From Marsupella aquatica (Eukaryota; Plantae; Marchantiophyta): DNA of 64,000 nt. How positions within the stretch are numbered: the stretch's first letter is position 1; each line of letters opens with the position of its first letter. The notes beneath the pieces are model-generated. The model had not been told where the DNA came from and searched no databases. It saw nothing but the letters and a program-made list of their open reading frames with translations. Made by a program: the position numbers and the translations under genes. Shown one piece after another: positions 50,476 to 63,075 of this stretch. The stretch covers positions 3,310,944-3,374,943 of the forward strand of contig OZ316894.1 in the NCBI GenBank assembly GCA_973895155.1. The letters are read 5' to 3'.

Positions 50476-50912
50476 GTGCACAAGTTGACTTTCATTAGTA
50501 AATGTGCTTCAGTTTCATTAGGAGTGGTCTTGGGCTCCACCTTTTATGGTGAGTACACTATTCAGGTTCTCATTATGAAGTGCACAAGTTGATTCTCATT
50601 AGGAATGGGGTTCAGTTTCATTAGGAGTGGGCTTGGGCTCCACCTTTTATGGTGAGTACACTGTGTGCAAGAGTTGACTCTCATTACGAATGGGCTTCAG
50701 TTTCATTAGGAGTAGGATTGGGCTCCACCATTTACGGTGAGTATACTGTGCACAAGTTGACTCTCATTAGGAATGGGCTTCATTTTCATGAATGGGCTCG
50801 TGCTCCACCTTTTATGGTGAGTATACACCAGAGGACGCGAATTGGGTCTCACTAGGAATGGGCGTCAGTTTCATTAGAAATGTGCTTGAGCCCCACGTTT
50901 TATGGTGAGTAC
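50476..50912. repeat. Tandem repeat, ~5 x 85-100 bp
   Basis: Unit gtgcacaagttgactctcattaggaatgggcttcagtttcattaggagtgggcttgggctccaccttttatggtgagtacact. Confidence 0.85.
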
Positions 50913-53738
50913 ATTGTGCCCCACTCGACAAGATTGAACAGTGCCAAGACAGGGAATGAGGCTTTTATACGGGAAGACAAAATATCCCACAAAAAATTCC
51001 CACAAAAAATGGCTAAACCCTAGTCACATTTTTTTCCTGTTTCATTTTAGCAGAAATCAGAGTTTTAATGTGCTGTTAAGATAAGACATTCATCAAAATA
51101 ATTACCCTCCGTATGATGTCCAAACCCCTTTAACCAAAAAAAGAAACCATTACTTTTGATTTATGTTTTTGCCCCTTAAAATAAATATAAGTTTACATTT
51201 AAACCAAATCCCAACAATGGCGGAATTTTTACCGAGCACAGTACTTGCAACAGCTGCAGGCCCTGTACATGGCAAATTACACCATTGTTTACACTGTGCA
51301 CATGGCAAACGACACCATTCTTTTACTCCCTGCACATGGCCAACTACAACAACAACAACAAAATTCCAATGTGAGACGCAACCAGACACCAAGCAATGGC
51401 CAGAAGTTTTCCACGAAAGGGGTTTTTTGAGCAATGGCGGAAATTTTTTCAATTTTAAGACAGCAAATGCAAACTAAAAACTCTGTCAGGGAATTGAACC
51501 CTGAACTATCCAGCGAAGTCGACAGTCTTCCAAGCACAGTTGAGTCTAGTAGCCCTGAGAATGCAAGCCCTATCGTGAGGATACGAGCTCCATTCGTTGC
51601 CCTGCACTTATGTAATACATTTCCAAAAGATTCAGCACTCTTCTTCCAGCCGGGCTTCCAGCACCGCTCTCTGGATGGGCTTTCAATCCGAACTAATTTC
51701 ATGTGCAATTCGCTTCTAACATCGAACAAAGGATCCGACGGGAATGTAAACACAAAATTTCTATCCATAAACAAAGGGGCTAGATCCAGGGGAGCATCTA
51801 CGGGAGCATCTATATACGATGTTCTCAGCCCACATCGACAGTGGCTTGTGCTCTAACTGGAGTTGGAGTTCGTTGACTCAAGCTCAGTCTGTATGGTAAC
51901 GCTACCATTCTATTCAGAGGAACTGGAAGTACATGTAGTTGAGACTTAGGCAAACATCCAATTTCTATGGGCTCGTCAAAGTTCGAGAGAACGTTAGAGC
52001 CTTACTGGTTAGTGTAGCTGCCAACACACTGAAGCCGAATTCCGGCCCGTGCACAATGCACTGAAACCAAAATGAAAGAGAGAGGACCAAAGCAAGCACA
52101 CAGCCAAGGCCAAAATTGAGCGCAGCCTTCACAGTCAAGCGACCAAACACACAGCCAAATAGAGCAGCGAGACCAAAATAAGCTGAAAAAGTCAAAAAGA
52201 GGATTTAGCCAACTAGCAAAATGAGGACAAGCAGCCGACGCCGAAACAAAAACACAGCCAAAATGAACCTGAAACAGCCGAAAGAGCCAAACAAAAATGA
52301 GCCGAAAAGACACAGCAGCTCAGCTCCCAGCACTCCATTTGAGCATTGGTACCAGTTTGAGCACCAGCTACCATTTGAGATCAGCCCCCAGTACTCCATT
52401 TGAGCACAGCAGCCACCTCCCTCCATTCGAGCACAGCAGGTAGAGCAATGAGGCCCCCTCCATTCAAGCACAGCAGCTCAAACCAACGCACTCGATTTAA
52501 ACAGCAACAAGCCCAACAGCAGATAGTGCTTTGACATGCCCTATTAGCCGTAATGATGTGAGACTCTAAGGTTCTAACTTTTGCTTTTACAATAGCAGGA
52601 CCAACAGTGGCCATCATTGATTGACCTGAGCACAAAAATACGTACAGCAAGCCTCATTACGTGCAGATCTGGAAATTGTTGAAAGATCTGGTTTCTTGCC
52701 AGGTCAAGAGAGTTTATTGTCGTACAATCTGGAGGTTTAATAAGCAGTCATCTAGAAGCAAAAAAAGTTCTGAATTTGTGAGCAGGCATTGTACAGTCCC
52801 TATGTAAGTGCAAACTGTAGGGGGAACTGGGGAAATCTATACGTGGAATCCCGCTATTCAGTGCAAATTTTTGTTAGTGACTCCGTAAAACGAATACACA
52901 GAAATTGCAAGACTGTAACTTATATGAGTTCCGAGTTAAGCCAACCCGTACAGGAAATGCAGAAACTTAATATTTTTACCTTTCACATTATAGCCTAATG
53001 CCATAAATAATAACTTACTTAGATTTTGTTTGTTTACTTGAAAAGCAATGTATACACAGATACTGCACGTTGGTCAGTTTTGCAACACCACCTAAAATCT
53101 TGTCTCGTGAAGGACCTAAATTTTCAATGACTTGTGTTTTGTGCTAACCTGTTTGTGGGGATTTTCACTGCAGTAATAGACGCTGGACTTTTTGGGTATG
53201 GCATCGCCCATCCTTGAATGTTGTGCTTTGAGTTCTTCCTTGCAAGTTAGAAGATAGGTCAAGGAGCTGCCACACTAAGAACTCTAGTGACCTTCTCATT
53301 TGAGAAGAATGATGTTCATGAATCCATCCTCCTAAAGTAGTTGACCTTGAATTTCTACTCATTCATATTGCGATTGAAATTTATTGATACTTTGTTGTTG
53401 ATACCAAACTAAGCTGCTTTCCATACGTTGTCACTTAAGAGTACATTGCGTGCAACTTTTTTTTTTAAATTGCGTGCAACTTTTAAGGTCTAGACCCCCT
53501 AAAAATATTTTTTTCTTGCCATTATGTACTTTAAAGCAGCCATTTTTTACTATGTTTACCCCTAAAAAACTGTAAGTAAAGTTTTGTTTTGAGTTAAACA
53601 ATGCCTATAAAGAAAAGATAAGTATCCAATAAGCTAATTAGAACCCAAAATTTTGCAGTCATTCAATTTGCTTTGTCTTTCCATTCAATGCAACTTACTC
53701 CGCCTCTCCACTTGATAGTACATTCTACATCTCTCATA

Positions 53739-55409
53739 CTTGGGGGTCTCACTATATGGAGGCATCCCCATCACTTGCAATGTTTTAAGGCCTTAGACCC
53801 CTAAAATGTTTAAAAAAACTTTTTAACTGCTGTAAAGTTAGAATTTTTTAGAATGTTCCAAAATTTGATTATAAAAACCTTAATGTTCTTATAAGTCTCA
53901 AAGTTGGATTTATAAATCATGAGTCATTTTTGTGCAACTGAAATACTCGAGCTCCTAGTATATAGTCCATAGACCACAAAACTAAATAATTATACATATT
54001 ATTATATGGTTGTGCAACCATCAACTTGTCTACGTTGCTCTCTACACTCTCAATTAAATACTATAGCATGGTGGGCACCATACACTATGAATAAGAAGGT
54101 AAACACTATCCGTTGCCTATTCAAGGCATCAATTCTCTACCTTGCTTCATAAACTGTTGCATGATTGGATTATTTCCATATAACAGAGGGGAATTGAGCC
54201 AATGTGAACTTACAAATCATTTATTTGAGCTCATGGCCTCAGAGAAGATGCATAGGTGACCTTCATGATAGGTCACTTGAATGCAAAAGAAATGTCCTCC
54301 CAATACCAGTTGTGGCAGTCAACAGCTCAGTATTGGGCTTATCACAAGATTTTCACTGTTCTATGATGATGATAGAATTAAATAAATACAAACTACATCC
54401 TAGTTGTTGTTCAAAACAACTAGTAATTTACTCTTACTTGCAATTATACACAAGACTGAAAATGACACAAGGCAATACAAGACACACAAACTTTTCAGAT
54501 ATGAAAACTCAAGCTTTGCATTTCCTTCCGCACCAAGCTTCCCTTCCTGGTTTTATTGTCTTCTCTTCTGACTCACGCATCCACACTAAAATAATCAGTA
54601 TCTTCAGCCGGACAGAAAGCCAGGGCATTTAAACAAATACGCCAGGGCATTTAAACAAATACTAGCCAAACAACAAACAGCCGACGTCCAATCATGACAA
54701 ACAGATAGTATGCTCTAAGACCTCCACAATGCACTCCAAAGTCCAGCGGCGGTCCTCCTAGCCAACATTGTCCTTCCACAATCTTGTTATGGCATCAAAG
54801 TCTAACGTTTGACCTCTATGTGAAGTGATAAAGTGTTTAAACCGAACATTGGAATTGGGCGGTATATTGGCTGTCCCTTAAGTTCTTGGCTTGAACCCCA
54901 AACCTGAATACTAAAAAGCCTTGCCTAACCTAACCTAACGCTCAATTCCTACCAAAGTTCCAATGGCCTCCTTCGGTTACGCCCTTCCATAGCCCTTCTA
55001 TAGCCCTCCAATAGTAGCAATAGCAACTGAGGCCACATTAAATTGCTTAGCCCCTAAATATAAAGGCCCAAACCCTAGCTACACCCATGCATACTTTTAG
55101 CTATTTTATTGGGACAGATTAAAACTACTATCTTTGGGAATACAGGTGTACCAATGGTATAGTGACAAGTGTACTGGCAATTAGAACATGCCATGTGTCC
55201 TATGCATGTACATGACACAAAAAACCTTTAATTTCTTAAACAATTCATGAAATGTGACCTATTTGATGAGGGTCTATTGTTCTTTAAAGTACACCAAAAA
55301 AATTCATGGACCCTATTCCACAAACCTTTGGAAGTCTTTCTTCAGGACCATTTATATGACCCTATACTTTGTCACACGTGATGTGGCGGTTCCGTGGAAG
55401 AGACCCTCG
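53739..55409. mobile_element. Older non-autonomous member of the P-like TIR family
   Basis: Left end CTTGGGGGTCTCACTATATGGAGG matches 18854 onward; right end ...gaccctatact..cacgtgat...gtggaagagaccctcg matches 40281-40370; TSD not recognisable. Confidence 0.6.
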
Positions 55410-55993
55410 CTCCCCCCCCCCCCCCCCCAACAAGAGTTAGAGGGCTAGAGTTTACAATAGCCCCAATGTATTCATCGAAGTTGGGAGGCGGCGCTTGCAT
55501 ACTCCAATGCCATCATAAGATCCTTCATTTGTAGTTTGAATACATTGGCCACAATGATTCGACCAAGTTGGGAGGCCTCGCTACGGTGTGTGGGTGCTCC
55601 AATCCAACCATAAGATCATTCATTTCTAGTTTGAATATGATAGTCATAATATATTCAACCAAGCAGGGAGGCCGTTGCGCTTTGGACTTGGGTACTCCAT
55701 TAGGGCTACAGCCGTTGTTATTCACACATTACACATTTACTTTGTGATGTTACTATACTTAACCAACCACACTCACTCTTATCAGGCTGCATAGTCAGCC
55801 TGAAATGTGTGATAACACTTTCACAAAAATATTGTTGTGTAGAGTGGGGCGAGAGAATGTGAAACTTTGGGTCCACTTGAAGAGAATCTTCATAGTTTGG
55901 TCCATTGAAAGAAAAAAGTTTGATTTGGAGGTCCACTAAATGTATCTCTGCTAAAATTTGTGCCATGCAAGCATCTTTTTGTTACGTTACCTT

Positions 55994-56473
55994 TACAGTC
56001 TATGGTTCTAGTGACCTTCCCTTTCCGAGACTTTCTTGTATCAATAGGTCAGCTTCTTTCCTTTTGGAGATTTTCTTGTTACCAACTAATAGGTCAGCTT
56101 CTTTCCTTTTGGAGACTTTCTTGTAGCAATAGGTCAGCTTCTCTAGATTGACTCAGCCCATTTCCAGGAGTCTGATCCCCTTCTTTTATTTTTGAGACTT
56201 TCTTGTACCAATAGGTCAGCTTCCCTAGATTGACTCAGCTCATTTCCAGGAGTGTGATCCGCAAAAATAGACTTTTCTCTCCGAGACTTTCTTTAATCAA
56301 CAAGCCAGTCAGATTGACTCTGCTCCTTTCCAAGATTGTAATCCCAAAAAATCCCTCATTCTTGAGGAGGAAATGTGAAAAAAAGAGGCAAGATTTGGAC
56401 TCTTTCCCTTTTCTAGTGTTAGTGATGGTGCTCAAAGACATTTGCTTTCAGTACCTATATCTATGCCCGGGAC
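55994..56473. repeat. Dispersed repeat (copy of 41953-42352)
   Basis: Direct sequence match. Confidence 0.8.
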
Positions 56474-56540
56474 AATCTCGTCTTTCAAGTTTGTATTAGA
56501 CCAAGGAAAACTCTAATGCAATTTAGAAAACCAAGCTCTT

Positions 56541-56638
56541 GTCGGGTCACACTTTAGACCTGGATAGTACTCACCTCCATAGACAGGCAGTCGGGTCACA
56601 CTTTAGACCTTTATAGTACTCACCTCCATAGACAGGCA
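56541..56638. repeat. Tandem duplication, 2 x 49 bp
   Basis: gtcgggtcacactttagacc..atagtactcacctccatagacaggca occurs twice. Confidence 0.9.
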
Positions 56639-57756
56639 CCTCAAGCGCTTTTTGATAAGTGGGCCAGGGGCTACACCCAAGTCATGAAACACAAAGGTTG
56701 CGCTACTAAGGGGAAACACCTTAGTAAAACTACAATAGTAATCACTCCTTATACTTCATCTGTAGTTCCACTCTGAGTATGGCATGCCTCTGTTGACCAT
56801 ACCAAGGGCGAACATACCCATCAGCTTGCAAAATGAGAGCCCCAAAAAATGATGGTCGATGTGAAATTCATTTTAGTGTTCGATGCTGAACTTGATAACA
56901 GTGTAGTTGTTCCAAACGAGTTTCACTCGTTTTAAAGAAAATCTTGCAATCGCAAAAGTCGCCTGTACACCTGACCCTGCAACTATGTTTAATACAACAC
57001 TCACTCAGACTAAATCTAAACAGCACAATTCTCCAGAGCTGGACGGAGGCAATCCATCCACCTTGCAACCTCACGGTGGTCAATTTTTGCTACTTAGATT
57101 CCATGCAATCCCTGTACTGGCATGCTGCAATACTTCACCCAAACCAGTAAAAATAGACAAGGGCTACCTGTACGTCAAATCAGGGACTGAATTGCCTACA
57201 AAGCATGTAATTTTCATCCGATCCATCTGCTCTGCTCTATTCCAAAGTTGGGACCGGAAGCCAAGCCAGATTCGAAAGTTAATGTAACACTTCGGAACGA
57301 GAGCATTCCGAAGTACTTTGGAAATTTCAAGTTGAATCTGCGTAAGGAGTTCTGGACTCCTTGCAATTCGATTATAGTGTTCCCATACGAGTACTCCTGC
57401 TTGATCATCATTTGTCGAATACATTCAAGGAAGTATGCATAATCTGCTCTTCACCATTTATTAGTTTCCTGGAGAAATTACCACAATATGCCTCCTTTAA
57501 ACCACGGTTTCAACCGAGCAACAATAAATACTAGTCTGCTGTCCGAGGAGGACAAACACCACAATGCCCAGAGGTGGCGGTGCTCGAGGGTTGTTGCGTG
57601 TGGGAAACGGTCATTTAACCACCTTACACGACAACTCACCATCTTCAAAGTAGGAGAAACAAATTGCTCCTCTACAAAAGGACTCCCTGAGTGGGCTCGT
57701 CAAACGAACGAGAACAATGAAAGAAAAGTAGAGGAAAAACTAATTGCAATTCTGTA

Positions 57757-60141
57757 CTAGTCAAACTTCAAGTAAGCAGTCTGTTGTTTCTCTGGGCTCA
57801 GCGCATGCTTGGCGAGCTGATGCTGATACTTCTTGCGCAACTTGATGGCTGCATGAACGCTGCTGTGGACCTGGATGATCAACTTCATTTCGTTGAAAGT
57901 TTTGATTGCATCGTCCATGGATTGGATATCTCTCAGAAGCTTGCTTCTGTTCTGAACAAGAATAGCGGCGACACAGAACACTGACAGCTCCTCGTCACCA
58001 GTTCTCTCGAGAAGGGTGCTGCTGAGCAGTGGCAACCTGTGACGATTTTTCATTAGCAGCCCTCCCGGTCGGAGACCACAAAGAGGGCCCCTTCCTAGGA
58101 AATTGACAGCAAAGGCACCTGAGTTTGAAATAGTCATGTCCGATGAGAATTCGTGCGGTGGAGAGCCATACTGTGACGAGAAAGACATTGACGGCGGTAC
58201 CGAAACACTGTGATCATCAGACCTCCCACTCTCCGATAACAGACTAGTGGGGAACAGCCTCAACTCCAGGGCATCCAAGCAATTGAATTCCAAGGACAAG
58301 GCCATGGCCTGATTGAAGTCGGCAGCCCACATCATCTCCCACATGCATAGCGATTCACCAAACGACATCTCCCTCCTAAACAGTACAAGAAGCATTCGAA
58401 ACGCAAAAAGAAAGTTGTCTGCCCCCACTCCTGCGAGATGCTTCGACATTTGCGGATCCGTCACTTCCAATATCCTGGACAGTGCTTCCAGTTGCTTCAT
58501 CACTCCCACAGGTCCCTCCATCTGGAAGTTTTGGCGTACCCGCTTGAACAAGCTTTCGAAGCACCAAAAAGCATCCGCATCATCCTCGAAGATGACAATG
58601 AACGGAGATAGAAGGTCACTCATACCTTGACAATACCCAGTTTTGGGATCAACCCACGCATACACTGCGAGAATATCAGACATGCGTGCCATGTTCTTGG
58701 CATCACCATAGAAATCCAGGTGCCTGTCCGTCCGCACAACATCAACAGCAATTCTATGCAACATCCACAACCATTCAGCGACTCTCTCGTCACTGGCACT
58801 TCTCCCCAAAGCCGCCACTGGCTCATGCAGCGAATCACATTCCATGTGTACTTTGGAACCCACCCCTTGGGCTCCTAGATGCTGCTTTTGACCCTCATCC
58901 TCCGCAAAACCTCTCGTGGAATCCCTAATTTTTATTCCCCTGTCTTTCTTCCTTCTATCTCTCAAAAGCCAACTATTGATTCTTTTCATGGAACCTGCCG
59001 ACCAACTCAGAGGTCCACTGTCCATCGAGAAAGTCCTCTTAGGCTTATTAAGATGATTTGCAGTCTCCCTAATTTTTACTATGTGGTTATTGTCCTCTGT
59101 TAGGCGATTCGAATGGTCCACACCAGTCGAACATTCTCGACTACTACTGCTGGCAGGTGGATCCTCCATCCTTTCCACCTCGTTCGTTATCCCTAAACCG
59201 TTGGCGTAGTCCACACCTGTTGAAGGCTCTCGACTACTCCTCTCCACTTCCCTAAGATCCCCCTCGGACTGATCTCGTGTCGGAGATCTCGACAATCTCA
59301 ATTTCGTATCGGCTTCTGACTCCTGTAGAGCTCCTTGATGGTTCTCCTCTGAGACCTCACTAGAGCGGTTTTTGTACACGGAATCGAACACAGCTCCCAC
59401 ACTTGCAGGGGGGCTGTCGGAGTCCTCATCGGAGGTAGCAAGTTTCCTACGAGGAGAAATCGTTTTCTCATCTAGTGGTGAATTTTGGGTAATTACTGGA
59501 CTCTCCGCAGCCTCTTCTTCTATGCATTCTTCTTCTTCACCTTCTCCTTCTTCTTCTTCTTCGTCATCATCTTCTTCTTCCTCCTCCTCTTCTTCTTCAG
59601 GCAAGGCTCCGACCGATGGTATCCCTCCGTCAGCTTCCTTGAGAGGATTACCACTGTCCTTGTTCGATAACCGAGCATCCATCACTTTGGAACCTACGGT
59701 GTAAGCCAAATTTCCTGTGCCAATACTGCCATGCATTTGGTGGCACTGTTCCACAAGCTTGCGGTAACGCTCCCTCCTTGCCGCACGCATGCCCTGCCGA
59801 TACTCGGCAGTAGTCCCAAGGCCATAACACCCCAGCAGAAACTCCCATACTTCGGCACGGATGGAATGGTCGACTCCCCCGAGAGCAATCGACTTGAGGA
59901 GTCTATGAAAACCAACAGGTCTCCCTTCGTAATCAAACGCCGCCTTCCATTTCCGTGACTTCAATCGTTTGGCACCCTTAACATTTTTCCTAGGCGGTGG
60001 CCGCAAAAACGCAGGGACCTCATCATGATCTCCCCGCACTTCGGGTTTCTTTTGTTTGACCGATGATTTATTTGTTCTCGTTCTCACGCCAACTGGGCCC
60101 GTGCACGACCATGATGAAGATGCGTCCCAATCCGCCGACAT
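57757..60141 (-). CDS. TBC-domain Rab GTPase-activating protein (GYP7/TBC1D15-like), intronless CDS
   Basis: GGVDHSIRAEVWEFLLG; arginine finger IAVDVVRTD; glutamine finger GYCQGMSD; FAFRMLLVLFRRE; acidic insert splitting the TBC domain; ATG at 60141. Confidence 0.93.
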   Translation of the reverse strand: MSADWDASSSWSCTGPVGVRTRTNKSSVKQKKPEVRGDHDEVPAFLRPPPRKNVKGAKRLKSRKWKAAFDYEGRPVGFHRLLKSIALGGVDHSIRAEVWEFLLGCYGLGTTAEYRQGMRAARRERYRKLVEQCHQMHGSIGTGNLAYTVGSKVMDARLSNKDSGNPLKEADGGIPSVGALPEEEEEEEEEDDDEEEEEGEGEEEECIEEEAAESPVITQNSPLDEKTISPRRKLATSDEDSDSPPASVGAVFDSVYKNRSSEVSEENHQGALQESEADTKLRLSRSPTRDQSEGDLREVERSSREPSTGVDYANGLGITNEVERMEDPPASSSSRECSTGVDHSNRLTEDNNHIVKIRETANHLNKPKRTFSMDSGPLSWSAGSMKRINSWLLRDRRKKDRGIKIRDSTRGFAEDEGQKQHLGAQGVGSKVHMECDSLHEPVAALGRSASDERVAEWLWMLHRIAVDVVRTDRHLDFYGDAKNMARMSDILAVYAWVDPKTGYCQGMSDLLSPFIVIFEDDADAFWCFESLFKRVRQNFQMEGPVGVMKQLEALSRILEVTDPQMSKHLAGVGADNFLFAFRMLLVLFRREMSFGESLCMWEMMWAADFNQAMALSLEFNCLDALELRLFPTSLLSESGRSDDHSVSVPPSMSFSSQYGSPPHEFSSDMTISNSGAFAVNFLGRGPLCGLRPGGLLMKNRHRLPLLSSTLLERTGDEELSVFCVAAILVQNRSKLLRDIQSMDDAIKTFNEMKLIIQVHSSVHAAIKLRKKYQHQLAKHALSPEKQQTAYLKFD

Positions 60142-61949
60142 CAAACTCTAAATCCCTCCTTGCGGTCCGATTTCTCATTCATACGGCCAACTCGAAATCC
60201 AACACCCACAATCACATGAGCAAAAGTAAAGCTGAAGAGTCAACCTCGACGGAGTAATCAACCCCAACACCAGAAGTGCTCCTTCCTCCACACCACAATC
60301 CCTCTCCCACCACTCTCCTCGTCCGGGAATCGACAGCGAAAACACCAACACCTGCAGCGCATCCTGTGGGCACAACGGGGCAATAACCGAGCCAACACTC
60401 ACTTCCCGAAATGAGTCTTCAAGCCATACAACAAATGCAATCTAACTCTGCAAAGAAACCGCGTCTTCTCCAGAGTCTTAGGTCAACATCTAATTCCCAC
60501 ACTATGGAATGCATCCACCGCAACTGTAGCAGTAGTAACAATGGCTCTCAACCTCCAAAATCATGATGCCGACTGAACTTATGAAGATCTCACTCCCATT
60601 GAAACCTAATCACCTCCATCGTCTTCATCGTCACCTTCATTCCACACCCAATGCCGTCAAACAAGCAAGCGCATCTATCCCCCCACCGAATGTGAGGTCA
60701 TCTACTGTACAAACACTGCACACGCGCTATCAAAAAGGGGTCGGTCACTCCTCCGTAAGGGTAGAGATTGACCCTATTTAGTCGACTGGACGTGATGCGA
60801 TTTCAGTCCCTCACTCACTATCTCGCTCAATCACTCTTCTTGCCGGGAAAACGAAGTTGCTGCTCCTCTTCTGCGACGGACTTCTTCTTCTTCAATCACT
60901 CCCCTCGGACTTCCAGAATGAAGGAACAAAGGACCAGTTTCTCCTTCCTTTTCGACCATCACGATAACCTAATCATCATCGCCCTCCCTCAGCAGTCGAG
61001 CAAGCAAACGCATCTAATCCACCACCAACTGGAAGATCACTACACAGTACACAAAACTAAGAGGTTCGTTTACACATCCGCCAAGAAAGGCAGTCAGTCA
61101 GTACGCAATGAAACCTATTCTTCTATCAACCGGATCCGAAGCGATTTCATTCACCAGGAAATCACTCTCCCTCCGTCTCAAAGAATGCTCGCTTGCTCTG
61201 TAAGAAAGAGGAAACTACTATACGTCTCCTCAGTGAGACACTCCTCCCCCTTTCTCCGTATCCTCCTCCTTTACCTCCTTCGGCTCCTTCTTCCTCTCCT
61301 TCTTCTTCTCCAGGGACTCCACTTGGTGCACTTCTGGACAGACTGATCTGTTTCGTGCGCTGCTTTTACCTTTCCCACCACCACCGTAGCCACCGGAAAG
61401 AATATGACGCGATTTCTTCAGAAGCCTTCCATGGTCGTCACTAGTCAGTCCTGCCGACCAGTGGCGTCTCGTCCGAGCAGTGTCCGAGATGGTGGCGGGC
61501 CGAGAGCATCCACTACTGACGCACCCAGGCCGCACCCACTCCAGATCCTCCACAGTAACCAACAACACCAGGCTTTTGCTCTGCGCATCTCATCTAATCT
61601 CAATATCTCGTCCTCCGTATCATCGCTGGACTCTGCCCGATCTGTTTCACTAGTCCTCCGGTACTATTGCTCCTACTTTTCACCCAGTTCGGCTGGCCAG
61701 ACGATCTTGGACTCGACGGATCGAGGAGGAGGGAAGCTCTCTGCTCTGCTCAATCTCATGGCCACAGCGTGGCTGCCTCTCTGGATACTGGCCGATCTGT
61801 TACGGAGTACTACTGCTCCACTACTGTTGAGGCAGACGACAAGCTTCGGCTGGCCAGACGATCACGGAGAAAGGAGCGAGAGGGAGGAGGGGAATAGAAA
61901 AGGGACAAGACAGACGGGTCAGACCAGACGGCACGAGGCCAGCAGGAAG

Positions 61950-62700
61950 GAAGGGCTTCGAGTGACTGTTCACTGGGACCTCATTTACCCTAGGGATAAG
62001 CCTTTTCTTTAGTGGCAAAAATAATAGCTACTGTAGATTCCGCATATTTTGTGACAAGGCGGAAGTAAGGGCTTCGAGTGACTGTTCACTGGGACCTCAT
62101 TTACCCTAGAGACAAGAGATTTTTTTAGTGGCGAAAAGTAGTTCTCAGTGGCAAAAATTGGCTAGATTCGGCCTGTTTTGTGAGAAGTGAAGTAAGGGCT
62201 TCGAGTGAGTGTTCACTGGGACCTCATTTACCCTAGGGATAAGCGTTTTCTTGAGTGGCAAACATTAGCTAGAGTTCACATATTTTGTGACAAGTCGGAA
62301 GCAAGGGATTCAAATTAGCTAGATTCGGCATATATTTTGTGAGAAGGGGAAGTTAGGGCTTCGAGTGACTGTTCACTGGGACCTCATTTACCCTAGTGAC
62401 AAGTGATTTTTTTAGTGGCGGAAAGCAATTCTCAGTGGAAGAAATTAGCTAGATTCCCCATATTTTGTGACAAGGTGGAAGTAAGGGCTTCGAGTGACTG
62501 TACACTGTGACCTCATTGACCATAGGGAGAAGTTGTTTTAGTGGGAACAAGTATTTCTTAGTGGCAGAAATCAGAGATTCCACATGTTTTGCGATGATGT
62601 GGAAGTAAGGGCTTCGAGTGACTGTTCATTGGGACCTCATTTACCGTAGGGACCTGCCCTTCATTTAGTGGCGAAAATTAGCTAGATTCCATATTTGTGA
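61950..62700. repeat. Tandem repeat, 6 x ~115-160 bp
   Basis: Core agggcttcgagtgactgttcactgggacctcatttaccctag occurs six times. Confidence 0.9.
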
Positions 62701-63075
62701 CAAGGTTTGGGCAGTTGGGGGCGAATATTTGCTAGATTTTTTCCACCATGGTGACAACTTTTGTTCCCTTGAGGCGGAAATTAGCTAGATTCCACCATTG
62801 CACCATATTTTGGGCATTTGGAGCGAAAATAGCTACAGTACATTCCACCATTGTGACAAGTTTTGGGCACTTGAGGCGAAAGGTAGATTCCATCATTGTG
62901 ACTAGTTTTGGCCACTTGAGGCGAAAATTAGGTCGATTCCACCGTGGTGACAAGTTTGGGGCACTTGGAGCGAAAATTAGGTCGATTCCACCAATGTAAC
63001 AAGTTTTGTTCACTTGGTACCAAAATCCTCATTTGTGACGACTTTTTTCCACTTGAGACTAAAATTGGCTAAATT
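62700..63075. repeat. Tandem repeat with ~50-bp units
   Basis: Units gaggcgaaaattagctagattccacc..gtgacaagttttgggcactt. Confidence 0.8.

Noticed and set aside
51150-51856. Overlapping 100-160 aa ORFs
   Set aside because: No motifs and open on both strands; probably chance ORFs in repeat-derived DNA.
60768-62012. ORFs of 192 and 202 aa on the plus strand
   Set aside because: Low-complexity CT-rich sequence antisense to the likely 5' UTR/promoter of the TBC gene; no domain.
61950-62700. CRISPR-like array (conserved ~40-bp core with variable intervening sequence)
   Set aside because: The intervening sequences are homologous to one another, there are no cas genes, and the context is eukaryotic; this is an ordinary tandem repeat.
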